From assembly GCA_963783575.1 (NCBI GenBank), contig CAWAOD010000009.1:320001-384000 (forward strand): 64,000 nt of DNA. Reading direction: 5' to 3'. A program made the translations under genes and the position numbers. Positions 52,147 to 61,780 of the stretch are shown here, piece by piece (within the stretch, counting starts at the first letter, position 1; each line of letters starts with the position of its first letter). This stretch comes from an uncultured Spirochaetota bacterium (GTDB lineage: Bacteria; Spirochaetota; Brevinematia; Brevinematales; JAOACQ01). The notes below the pieces were generated by a model that was given only the letters and a program-made list of their open reading frames with translations, was not told the origin of the DNA and ran no database searches.

Positions 52147-52833
52147 CTATTCCATATTATTAAGAAGCCTTTCCATCAGTTCATTAATTATTTTATAATT
52201 TGAGTTTTGATTAATTATAAATTCCGGTTTCTGAATATATTTTCCGGCAGTAAGTTCATTTCCGCAATTTTTTATCAGCCGATTAACACTTGCCGGGATT
52301 GATTCAAGGTGAAACTGTAAACCCGCCGTATTTCCATTAAAAACGAATGCCTGGTTTTCACAAGCCTCGCTTTTGGCAACATGAACCGCCCCGGGTGGAA
52401 TTGAAAACATATCCCCATGCCAGAGAAAAGCTTTAAATTTCACGGGAAAACCGAAAAACGGATTTTCAATTGATTTCTGAGATATCATTTCAATATCAAA
52501 CCACCCGATCTCTTTTTCTTTATTCCTTGTTACCTTTCCCCCCAGGACATCGGAAATAAGCTGAGCGCCAAGGCATATTCCGAGAACTTTCTTATCCATC
52601 TTAACGGCTTTTTCAATGAATTTTTTTTCAAGGGTGAGAAAAGGATAAAGATTCTCTTCATAAACATTCATCGGGCCGCCAAGAATTATTATGAAATCCT
52701 GGTTATTGACATCCGGAAGTCCTTCACCCAGAAATAATTTAGTCTTTGATAAAGTATGCCCTTTTTTTTCAGTCCATTTCCCGATATATGCCTCATCTTC
52801 AAAATCAATATTTTGCAGAATATGAATATTCAT
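52147..52833 (-). CDS. Type 1 glutamine amidotransferase
   Basis: LGGPM, GICLGAQ, EIGW, WHGD, QFHLE. Confidence 0.9.
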   Translation of the reverse strand: MNIHILQNIDFEDEAYIGKWTEKKGHTLSKTKLFLGEGLPDVNNQDFIIILGGPMNVYEENLYPFLTLEKKFIEKAVKMDKKVLGICLGAQLISDVLGGKVTRNKEKEIGWFDIEMISQKSIENPFFGFPVKFKAFLWHGDMFSIPPGAVHVAKSEACENQAFVFNGNTAGLQFHLESIPASVNRLIKNCGNELTAGKYIQKPEFIINQNSNYKIINELMERLLNNME

Positions 52834-52945
52834 TTATTTCTCCCGAATTTTTATCAGTTTTGAAATTAATATTAAGGAATTATAGAAGATGAATATAATT
52901 TTGTCTAAATTTTGGGTTTAAGATTTGTTTCCAGAAATTAAAAGC

Positions 52946-53737
52946 TTATGCCACATTTGAAACTGTTTCTTTTGCTCTGGCAGATAATTTTGAAAGCCTT
53001 GCGATTTCAGATTCCATCATTAAATCGGTCATTTCTTTTTTGGAAAGAATATATAATTCTTCAAATCTCAGCGCTTCATTCAGTGAATTTTCATCGCCAA
53101 GTATGGTTTCGCATGGGAGAACAACCTTACGTGTTTCAATGCATTCGATATTTTCTATAATATCGGGACTATCGTTAAATTTTGCTATGCTTTTTGAGCT
53201 GATACTCCCGCCAACCGTGAATGAAAATCCGTAATCTGCGGATTTCCTTCCGGCATAGTAAACAAGGTTCATTACAAAATCACTGTCGGGTGTAACTTCT
53301 TCATCCATGTAAGACGCACTCAAATCCGTGCGCCCAAGCGTGATATTGTCTATATTTCCCTGGGCAAGAGCAAAAATATCGTCAACCTGGCTTATGGCGT
53401 TTCTGCTTTCAATGTTGATCGACAGCTTGATTTTATTCTCTTTATAAACCGCATGGTATGCTTCGAGAAATTTCTTAAGAGCAAATTTTGTTTCCACCAT
53501 TGGGGCAATCAACCCGTCAACACCAAGCTCGACAGAATCCTTGATATCCCTGAGGGCCTCGACACCGCCGATTTTCAGGTAAAGCTTAACATCCGCTTTG
53601 TTTGTAAGCCTCCGTAAACGGACAATATCGCTGTAGCTGGACCCTTCGGCCTCAAATTCGGATTTTATCGCGACAAGATTGTATTCATTTTTTAATAATA
53701 ATATCTGATCATAAAGCAGATTTTCTATTCCAAACAT
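52946..53737 (-). CDS. HpcH/HpaI aldolase / citrate lyase family protein
   Basis: KSEFEAEG, KIGGVEA, IAPMVET, NIES, GRTDL. Confidence 0.8.
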   Translation of the reverse strand: MFGIENLLYDQILLLKNEYNLVAIKSEFEAEGSSYSDIVRLRRLTNKADVKLYLKIGGVEALRDIKDSVELGVDGLIAPMVETKFALKKFLEAYHAVYKENKIKLSINIESRNAISQVDDIFALAQGNIDNITLGRTDLSASYMDEEVTPDSDFVMNLVYYAGRKSADYGFSFTVGGSISSKSIAKFNDSPDIIENIECIETRKVVLPCETILGDENSLNEALRFEELYILSKKEMTDLMMESEIARLSKLSARAKETVSNVA

Positions 53738-53860
53738 AAAATCCTCCGTCTTTATATTTTTCGATATAAATTAAAATTAAATTAATGAAACTGGAAATAT
53801 TTTTCAAAACTTACTTTTTAGCAAAGGGTGAAAACGATCCTGAGTTATTTCAGGGAAGCA

Positions 53861-54393
53861 CCGCTCGAGAGAGCGGATTGCTATCGGAAGCTCGCTGCGG
53901 CGAATCACACTCATGCCGATGCGGTAATGCCAAGGTAAGCAAACAAGAAAGCATCCCTGGCATTATGCAGTTTTGATTAGAACATGTCTGGGTAAGACAA
54001 AACTGCCCAGCTTTTGCAAAGAGACTGCAGAATTGTCTTTCTAAAGTTGGTTCTTATCAATTCTGCAAATTATCCGGTCTGCTATTCATTACACTAGCCC
54101 GGATAATACGGCCGCATCCTTGATTTTGCTGAAAAATGAATTAAAATTTGAAAACTATAACCAACCTTTTCTAATTGTATTTATAACTCATTGTTATAAA
54201 ATAGGATATGACACCAATAAAATACTGTTTATTAAACATTTTAAGATTTATGATGATTTTCAGTGAACACATCCGTGCGGCCTATCTCTATGAGTGTGTT
54301 TTGCCCCCGCTAGCCGGGATTTAAATAAACGATTCTTTATGATTATCAACAAGCTGAAATTATCTGTTCTTTCTGGTTCTTGACCGGCTGTTC
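53861..54393 (+). ncRNA. Candidate structured RNA/DNA element A (multibranch, interrupted by a MITE)
   Basis: ccgctc-GAGA-gagcgg; closing stem cacactcat (53906-14) / atgagtgtg (54290-98) encloses several hairpins; homologous to 61781-62041. Confidence 0.5.
54122..54270. mobile_element. 149-bp MITE related to the IS at 12047-13896
   Basis: Left end gattttgctgaaaaat is identical to that IS's IR; degenerate right end attttcagtgaacac; flanks atcctt/atccgt inside ggccgc...gcggcc. Confidence 0.7.
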
Positions 54394-54750
54394 AGGAAAG
54401 GATTGATGTTTAAATAAATATAAAACGATTTTTTATTGATTTAACTTATCAAATAAGTTCGCTTAATTACACCATGGAGCATAAGCGCAATTTCTGATTG
54501 AACTTATATTATACTTATAAGGAATCTTGGTACAAAATCATTGTTATTCGTAATTAACATTGTTTAAACAAGTTTGAGGATTTCAACCACGGAAGGTTGA
54601 GACCGAGGAATCAGAACAAGGACGTACTAATGACGAAGCGGTAAGTAAAAGACAGCTTTTACAAATAATCCTGAATAACAACATCTCAGTACTCAAAGAT
54701 TACTTCACATGAAAAATGGTGTTAATGCGAAGGGGCGATTTTTCTTTTCG

Positions 54751-54814
54751 ATTCCTTTTCTTTTGAACGATCAAAAGAAAAGGAATAAAGCCATATGCCG
54801 TGGTTCCGCGGCAT
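54751..54814. terminator. Two hairpins directly after the stop of the 54814..56802 gene
   Basis: Perfect 16-bp IR attccttttcttttga-acga-tcaaaagaaaaggaat, and atgccgtgg-tt-ccgcggcat. Confidence 0.6.
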
Positions 54815-56802
54815 TAAAGGTTCATTTTCACATAAATAAAAGAACTCAGTACATTTTTATAATATTCCTGCATATCAACAAATTTTATTAATACAATGTT
54901 TTGTTTCCGTGTAAGAATAATACCATTTGTACTTAGATCGGTTTCATTAATTGATATTTTGATATTATTGTTAAGTATAACATCATTTATTCTCAGGTCT
55001 TCATCCGTAAAATCTCCGGTTAATTCTATAACCATTCCATCCATTGATATTGATTTCAATTTACCGACAACCGTTTTATGTGTACTTGGTGAACGGATTG
55101 CTATCAGTATCCTATCGCTGGCGTCAGGCTCGACACGGATTGATTGCCTGCGTTCAATATTCATATTATCCTGGAACAGCATCTTGAATATGTTTTTTTC
55201 AAATATTTCCTGAACAAAAGGCTTTAAGATTATTCCTTTTATTCCTATTCTAATCATTTCTTCAAAAAAATCTTTCGATGAAGGCGGCGCCCAGAGTATA
55301 ACCTTAACAAATCTCAACTCCTCATTCTGCTTGATCCCCCTTATTATTTCAATAATATCAACTGTTAAAGGAGTGCAGGAGCATAAGAACACATTGTATT
55401 TTTTTGTCTTCAGCTTTCCTGCTATTTCCTTTTTTTCATGAATGCACAAGCATTTTATCCCATTATTTATAAATGTATAGATAATCGGTTTTTGTATCTG
55501 GCTGATTGGTTCATAGACCAAAATATTAATTTGATCTGTTATTTGCCTATCAAAGGCATCGGTTTTGTCAATATAATTTTTCAGCCAATTAAGGGCTGTA
55601 TTCTCGTCATTAAAAAGTCTTCTGGGAGGGCCGCCGGGCATTCTATGCAAGTCCATGAAGAAATTTGCCATAAACCTTGAAATCCCTGACTTTATTATAA
55701 TCGCAATTGCCGCAACCGAAATCTGGGCTTCTTCCGATTCATAATATTTTCTACTTTCAGGGGTCATATCTTTAACTTTCGAAGAATCAATTAGAACAGG
55801 CGATTTTCTACCTTTTACCATTTTATCGACAACCGTAATAATTTCCCTGGCGTCATCAGCCGTATGAATTTCGCTGACGGTAAGTATCCTGACAATCCCA
55901 TCATCTCCCATGAAGACATTTGACGAGTTTGTTTCTACCATTTCCAGTATTGAAATATTATTTCTACTTGCATATTGCTGTACTCCGGTGCTGCTTTCAA
56001 AAACATTTTTCAGCCAATGTAAGGCTTTACTCTCATCATTGAAAAGTCTTTTAGGGGGGCCGGACTGCTTGCTGAAATCTATAAAGAAATCGGACATCAT
56101 TTTTGAAATTTTTGAACCTAAAACAACAGCCATCGCTGAAATCGATTGAACAGCCTCATCCGCCTCATAATATTTTCTGCTCTCCGGGGTCATTTCAATT
56201 ACCCTTGAATTATCTATCAATAGAGGAAATTTAGCGTCTTTTGCAATACGATTAACCGCGTTAATGTTTTCTTTCGCATTATCTTCAGTTTGAATTATTG
56301 TCAAACATATTACCCGTATAATACCATCGTCTGCCAGTAATATTTTTGACGTTTTTGTATCTATAGATTCTATTATGGAAATATTATTTTGACTCAGGTA
56401 TTGCTGAAGGTCAAAATCTTTATTATAAAAATTTTTCAGCCATTCAATTGCTTTACTATCTTCATTGAAAAGTCTTTTAGGGGGGCCGGGATATTTAATT
56501 ATATTTTTCAGGAAATCTGTCATGTTGTTTGTCAATACATTGCCGAAAACAACTGCAACCGCAAAAACAGAATCGATCGCAAACATAGATTCATAATATT
56601 TTAAGTTTTTTGAATCGATTTCCCTGAACTGCATCATATCAAGTAAAAGAGGATATGAATTACCGGAGGCTATTTTCTTGATGGCGTTGCTGTTTTCTTT
56701 TACGCAGTCTTCAGATTGGAGTTCTTTAATACAGGTAAGCCTAATAATCCCATCATCGCCTAAATTAATCTTGGATGAGTTCGTTTCAAGCGCATTCATC
56801 AT
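54814..56802 (-). CDS. Signalling protein: three tandem SpoIIAA/STAS-like repeats, degenerate receiver, PilZ-like domain
   Basis: Three ~141-aa repeats (DDGI[IV]R...P[LV]L[LI]D...KYYE...GPP[KR]RLFN...WLKN); receiver-like region ending GIILKPF; ERRQSIR...SISMDG. Confidence 0.75.
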   Translation of the reverse strand: MMNALETNSSKINLGDDGIIRLTCIKELQSEDCVKENSNAIKKIASGNSYPLLLDMMQFREIDSKNLKYYESMFAIDSVFAVAVVFGNVLTNNMTDFLKNIIKYPGPPKRLFNEDSKAIEWLKNFYNKDFDLQQYLSQNNISIIESIDTKTSKILLADDGIIRVICLTIIQTEDNAKENINAVNRIAKDAKFPLLIDNSRVIEMTPESRKYYEADEAVQSISAMAVVLGSKISKMMSDFFIDFSKQSGPPKRLFNDESKALHWLKNVFESSTGVQQYASRNNISILEMVETNSSNVFMGDDGIVRILTVSEIHTADDAREIITVVDKMVKGRKSPVLIDSSKVKDMTPESRKYYESEEAQISVAAIAIIIKSGISRFMANFFMDLHRMPGGPPRRLFNDENTALNWLKNYIDKTDAFDRQITDQINILVYEPISQIQKPIIYTFINNGIKCLCIHEKKEIAGKLKTKKYNVFLCSCTPLTVDIIEIIRGIKQNEELRFVKVILWAPPSSKDFFEEMIRIGIKGIILKPFVQEIFEKNIFKMLFQDNMNIERRQSIRVEPDASDRILIAIRSPSTHKTVVGKLKSISMDGMVIELTGDFTDEDLRINDVILNNNIKISINETDLSTNGIILTRKQNIVLIKFVDMQEYYKNVLSSFIYVKMNL

Positions 56803-56940
56803 TCACATAATCTCCTTACCCAATAACAGATAAATCAGAATATGATATGATTAAATACCCCAATAAAACATTTTTCATCCATTCCAATTATAGCTTTCAG
56901 CAAATAAAAATGCAATATAAGTAGACAAAAATTTCAACAA

Positions 56941-58080
56941 TTATTTTACCCGTCCTGCAACCAGGTATTCCGTTGTTTCACCGGCTTTATAAACCCTTTT
57001 CGAATGATCGATGTCTGCCCGGAACCTTTGATATGGGAGCTTTACAAATTTATAACCTGAACAATAAGCCTCGAAAAGACTCTTAATAAAATCTTCCGAA
57101 ACAAGCCCCTCGTTATTATATGAAAGAATGACATATCTAGAATTTATTTTTGAAAATAATTCCAAATATGCCGATTCCGATTTGCTCCTGAGGCTGTAAT
57201 CCGAAATCAATTCTTTACTGTCTCTTAAACCCGTTATTCCCCTCGGAAAAAATCTATTAAGATCCCATTTCACGATTGTTTCAAGTATATGATAATTTCC
57301 CGAGTACTGGCGGTGATTGTAAGGCGGATCAATGTAGGTTAATAATATATTATCGTTTTTCAATTGTTCAAGAAGTTTTAAGGAATCAACGCAAAATACC
57401 TTGTGATTTCCAGGATTGGATTTACTTTTAACAGGTTTTATTGCAATCATTTCCATCGGTTTTTCAGCGGTTTTTTTAATTTTTTTCAGGAAGGCACCGT
57501 AAACCGAAGCTGTGTTGGCCGCCCTGTCCGCTGATTCCAGAAGACAGGCTATAAGCCAGGTTTTTTCATTGCCGGCGAGAAGGCCTTTCCGGTTCCATTC
57601 TTCGATTTTATCCCTGACAGCCTGAATTTTAAGCCCATTTTCGCCTGAAAAATATTTTCTTCCCTGACTTCCGCCGTCGCAGTAATAATCATAAAATTCA
57701 CCGCTTTTACCGCTTAAATTTCCAAGATATGTTAATACCTTGATAAAAGGCATATCTTCGATTAAATCATTACTGCAGCCGTAAGAATGGGTTTTTACCG
57801 GTAAAGGTTTTGTATCATATACTGATTTTTCCTCGTCGCTGTTAAGAAGTTTTTTAAATTCCGGGAAGCCATCGAATATAATATAAGATGCCGTAAGGCA
57901 GTATGAGTAATACTGCCAGTCATTTGCGTAAACAGCATATCCCAGGGACTTAAAAAGCTGCGATACAACGCCGGTTCCGGAGAACAGATCAAGGACTGTT
58001 CCGCCTTCCGGAATATTGTATTCTCTAATAATATTTTCTATGTGTTTTAACAAGCTGAATTTAGATCCGATATAATTCAT
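56941..58080 (-). CDS. N6-adenine DNA methyltransferase (M.NlaIII/M.HpyI-like), orphan
   Basis: MNYIGSK, DLFSGTGVVS, NTASVYGAFLK, YIDPPYNHRQY, LSYNNEG. Confidence 0.88.
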   Translation of the reverse strand: MNYIGSKFSLLKHIENIIREYNIPEGGTVLDLFSGTGVVSQLFKSLGYAVYANDWQYYSYCLTASYIIFDGFPEFKKLLNSDEEKSVYDTKPLPVKTHSYGCSNDLIEDMPFIKVLTYLGNLSGKSGEFYDYYCDGGSQGRKYFSGENGLKIQAVRDKIEEWNRKGLLAGNEKTWLIACLLESADRAANTASVYGAFLKKIKKTAEKPMEMIAIKPVKSKSNPGNHKVFCVDSLKLLEQLKNDNILLTYIDPPYNHRQYSGNYHILETIVKWDLNRFFPRGITGLRDSKELISDYSLRSKSESAYLELFSKINSRYVILSYNNEGLVSEDFIKSLFEAYCSGYKFVKLPYQRFRADIDHSKRVYKAGETTEYLVAGRVK

Positions 58081-58206
58081 GGTTTATTCTTCCTTAAACT
58101 TTTCAGGATTTTATTATAACCTATTATTGACGTTAATACATTAAATTTTTTTACTTTTTAAAATTTTCTAGTTATATTATATAAAAAATATATTTAAGGA
58201 AATTAT

Positions 58207-59903
58207 ATGAAAGTAACTGTACCGAAAGAAGAGATCGACAAGCTTATCAATGAATACGGATCAACGGAAAACGAGGCAGTTAAGGCGTTTCTGGACGCAC
58301 AACAGGCTTCCCAGGATGCTTTTCAGCAGGTGCTCAGCAAACAGCTTGGAGCCAAAAAGAACGGAAGCAACGGTAAAAGGGTAAATACCGTTTTTACCCC
58401 CCGGCAGATCAAGGAACACCTGGACCGATACGTTATAGGCCAGGAGGAGTACAAAAAGCGGCTTTCAATCGCGGCGGCATTCCATTTTGCAATACTGCAC
58501 TACCTTGACGAGAATCCCCAGGAAACAATGGTAAAACGCTTCCGCAAGAAAAACACAATCATAGCCGGCCCTTCCGGCAGCGGAAAAACATACAGCGTGG
58601 AAGTATTGGGGGATCTTCTTGAAGTCCCTACGCTTATTATAGACGCAACTGATTACACCGAAGCCGGGTATGTCGGTAAAAGCGCCGATGATATGATCCG
58701 TGAATTGATCGATATGGCCCCCGGGGCCACACATAATGAAAAAGGCGAATTCATTAATAAATACGGCGGAATTATTTTTATTGACGAAATCGACAAGAAA
58801 GCCAAAGACGGCCAGCTTGCCGGATATGATATTTCCCGCGAAGGATTCCAGAGAGCTGTATTGAAGCTGATAGAACGTAAGTTTGTTTCCATAGATAACC
58901 CGATGTCGCCGGCATCGCAGATTCAGGAAGTTATCAACGTCCAGCGCGGCGGCGGGACAAAAAAGCAGGAAAACATGATCAGCACGGAAAAGATTTTGTT
59001 CATTGTCGGCGGTTCTTTCCAGCGGGTGAACGACAGCCTTGAAGAGATAGTCAAGGACCGGATTAAGCATCAATCCGGCAGGGTCCGGGATGACGGAAGC
59101 TTTATGGTAACAGGATTCGGCCCGGATGAATCTGAAGGAAGAGCGAAGGCAATGCTGAATTTATACAAGGAAGCCGATGTCGACGATTATATCCGTTTCG
59201 GCCTTATACCCGAACTTGTGGGAAGAATTCCTATCAGAAGCTACGTGAACCTTCTTTCTAAAAACGATCTTATCCGAATTATGAGAGATACGGAGGATTC
59301 CATCATTCACCAGTATATCGCCGAATTCAAAGCCTTCGATATAGATATTCATTTTAACGATGAGGCTATTGAATTTGTCGCGGGGCTTTCGGAAAATAAA
59401 AAGACCGGCGCGAGGGCGCTTGTAAGCGTCTGGGAGAATATTTTCACGGATTTTCAGTATGAAATGCCAGGCTCTCATTTCAAGGAATTGACTATCAGTG
59501 AAGAATTATGCAGGGCCCTAAAGACGCCCTGTTAAATCTTCTTGAACTGTCTCCTTTTGTCGATTTTACCGACAGGTTCAACAAGGAATATAATATCGAG
59601 CTGGTTCTGGAACAGGAAGCCCAGGAATATGTGGAAAATTTTGCCCGACAGAACGGCATTCAGATATCCGACACTTTGAAACAACTTTTAAAAGGGGCAT
59701 CCTCTCTTAATTATATGAATATTACAGGAAAATACAATATTACCGTTGGTATGCTCAAGGACCCTATTTATTTCGATAAGCTGTTTACCGAATGGTACAA
59801 GCAGTCGAGATCAGACGGGCCGCTGCCGGACCTTCCGCAGACAGAACAACCTGAAAATAAGCAGAATGATTCAGGCAAGGCTGAAACCGGCGGAGTTGAA
59901 TAA
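58207..59903 (+). CDS. ClpX-like AAA+ ATPase lacking the N-terminal zinc finger; frameshift at ~59515
   Basis: YVIGQ, GPSGSGKT, DATDYTEAGYVG, FIDEIDK, FGLIPELVGR, TGARAL. The overlapping ORF 59508..59903 joins via one base missing in agggccct. Confidence 0.8.
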
Positions 59904-59921
59904 TTATTTCGGGAGCACGGA

Positions 59922-60758
59922 TTGTTATTATTCGTAATGACCGGAAACTCGGAAGCAAAGCCGTTAATTAAGAGCTGGCGTTTAAAAAAAGATCCTGCCG
60001 TCAGAAGAATGGAATATTATTCCGGAGATAACGCCCGCCTTATTATCAGCGGTAAAGGAATTGTCAGAACATCAGCCGCGGCTGCTTTTCTTCTCGGCAA
60101 AAATAACTACAGAGATACGGATATTTTAATCCATATAGGATTCTGTTTTGCCGTAAATACAGATTTCGCTCCAGGAACCCCTGTTATATGCAACAAAATT
60201 ATCAACGAATCATCGGGAAAATCATTTTACCCCGACATCATCTTTAAACATGAATTGAATGAATCATCAATTTCAAGCTATTCGTTTTTCAAAGGAATTG
60301 ATGCGGATGAAATAAAAGAAGCTGGGCTTTTCGATTCCGAAGCGGCCGGCTTTATTGAAAGCGCTCTTGCCTTCCTGCCTCCACATCGCGTTTTATGCAT
60401 TAAATTTATAATCCCGGCCGAAGAATACAATTCAAAGAGCGTCAACCGCCTGGGCAACAAATATATTTATTATAATCATCCTTTAATAGAAAAATTAATT
60501 CTTGCCGCTCAAACTTATTTTACAGAAAAACCAATTGCCATTCCCGATGATGAAATCGAATTTCTTGAACAAATATTTGTCAGACTGCGACTGACGGAGA
60601 CAATGAAGCATAGACTTATGGAACTTGCAGAGCATTACATATTTAAACATCAATGCGGGCTGGATGTATTAAAACCTTACCTGTTAATTGAACCGGAATC
60701 AAAACAAAAAAGAAATTCAATTTTCAATTCCATTGTAGACATACTTTCGGAAGGATGA
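59922..60758 (+). CDS. Nucleoside phosphorylase-like protein
   Basis: EAKPLI, ISGKG, HIGFC, FYPDI, DSEAAGF; upstream of the SPL-like gene. Confidence 0.65.
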   Translation: MLLFVMTGNSEAKPLIKSWRLKKDPAVRRMEYYSGDNARLIISGKGIVRTSAAAAFLLGKNNYRDTDILIHIGFCFAVNTDFAPGTPVICNKIINESSGKSFYPDIIFKHELNESSISSYSFFKGIDADEIKEAGLFDSEAAGFIESALAFLPPHRVLCIKFIIPAEEYNSKSVNRLGNKYIYYNHPLIEKLILAAQTYFTEKPIAIPDDEIEFLEQIFVRLRLTETMKHRLMELAEHYIFKHQCGLDVLKPYLLIEPESKQKRNSIFNSIVDILSEG

Positions 60759-60765
60759 TTTTAAT

Positions 60766-61749
60766 ATGTTTTCACACCTATATATTGAAAAAAAGGCTTT
60801 AGAATATCCAATGACCCGGAAAATTTTAAAAAGTTTTCCAAATTCCGTCAGAATAACAATTGATCATTACAAGGATTTTTTCTGCCGTCCGGATCAGGAT
60901 TATACCGCCCAGAAATCTTCTCAAAAGCTTATACTGGCCGTTAAGGAGGATAGGTTTCTTTACAGGGTGCCGGAAATCTGCATTGATAATGACCGGGAAA
61001 ATTTACAGAACAGCGAAATATATTACTCTTCAGCGGTAATAAACTGCATATATAACTGTGAATACTGTTTTTTACAGGGTATGTACCCATCCGCGAATAT
61101 TGTTGTTTTTGTCAATATTGATGATTTTTTCGGGGCTGCGGAAAATAAAATCAATGAATCGAAAGAAAATCATATTAAATTGAAAGTTTCTTATGACTCA
61201 GATATCATAGCATTGGAAAACATCGTACCATATGCTTACGAATGGATAAGATTCGCAAAAAGAAACCGGAGAGCAACGGTCGAAATCCGTACAAAAAGCG
61301 GAAATTTTAATTCGATATCGATGCTTGACCCCCCTGAAAATATTGATCTTGCCTGGACATTATCCCCGCAATCCGTTGCCGAAGAATTCGAAAATGGCGC
61401 TCCCTCGCTTGAATCAAGGATTTCATCCGTCCGGCAGGCCGTTGATAAAGGCTGGAAAGTCAGGCTTTGTTTTGACCCTGTGATAATGGTTAAAAACTGG
61501 AAAGATATTTATTCGGAATTTATTGATTATATTTTCACTCAATTGCCTTACGGTGAAATTCATGATATAAGCACAGGCGCATTCAGAATGCCGTTTGAAT
61601 ATTTCAAAAAGATAAAAAAAATCAGGCCTGATTCCGGTTTATATTACACTAAGCTGGAAAACCGTAGCGGAAATATCCGATATCCCGAAAAGTCAGAATT
61701 TGAGATGCTGGATCATATCGGCAATTGCATAAATAAATATAAAAGATGA
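60766..61749 (+). CDS. Spore photoproduct lyase-like radical SAM protein
   Basis: NCIYNCEYCFLQGMY, EIRTKS, AWTLSP, RLCFDP. Confidence 0.85.
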   Translation: MFSHLYIEKKALEYPMTRKILKSFPNSVRITIDHYKDFFCRPDQDYTAQKSSQKLILAVKEDRFLYRVPEICIDNDRENLQNSEIYYSSAVINCIYNCEYCFLQGMYPSANIVVFVNIDDFFGAAENKINESKENHIKLKVSYDSDIIALENIVPYAYEWIRFAKRNRRATVEIRTKSGNFNSISMLDPPENIDLAWTLSPQSVAEEFENGAPSLESRISSVRQAVDKGWKVRLCFDPVIMVKNWKDIYSEFIDYIFTQLPYGEIHDISTGAFRMPFEYFKKIKKIRPDSGLYYTKLENRSGNIRYPEKSEFEMLDHIGNCINKYKR

Positions 61750-61780
61750 TAAGGCTTACCGAACTGATGTTCGGCGGTTG

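Noticed and set aside
53785..53976. 63-aa ORF (likewise 61649..61891 and 6820..7011)
   Set aside because: Overlap structured repeats or real genes; likely chance frames.
54277..54291. Group II intron 3' end (cctatctctat)
   Set aside because: No domain V (AGC/CGC triad hairpin), no GTGCG 5' end and no reverse transcriptase.
54452..54461. aataagttcg shared with 62192-62201, suggesting a second attI platform
   Set aside because: Only 10 bp, different spacing, and no TGCGYATAT boxes or cassette follow.
53780..54810. RNase P RNA, tmRNA or SRP RNA
   Set aside because: Their conserved signature sequences were not found on either strand by eye; an Rfam scan would be decisive.
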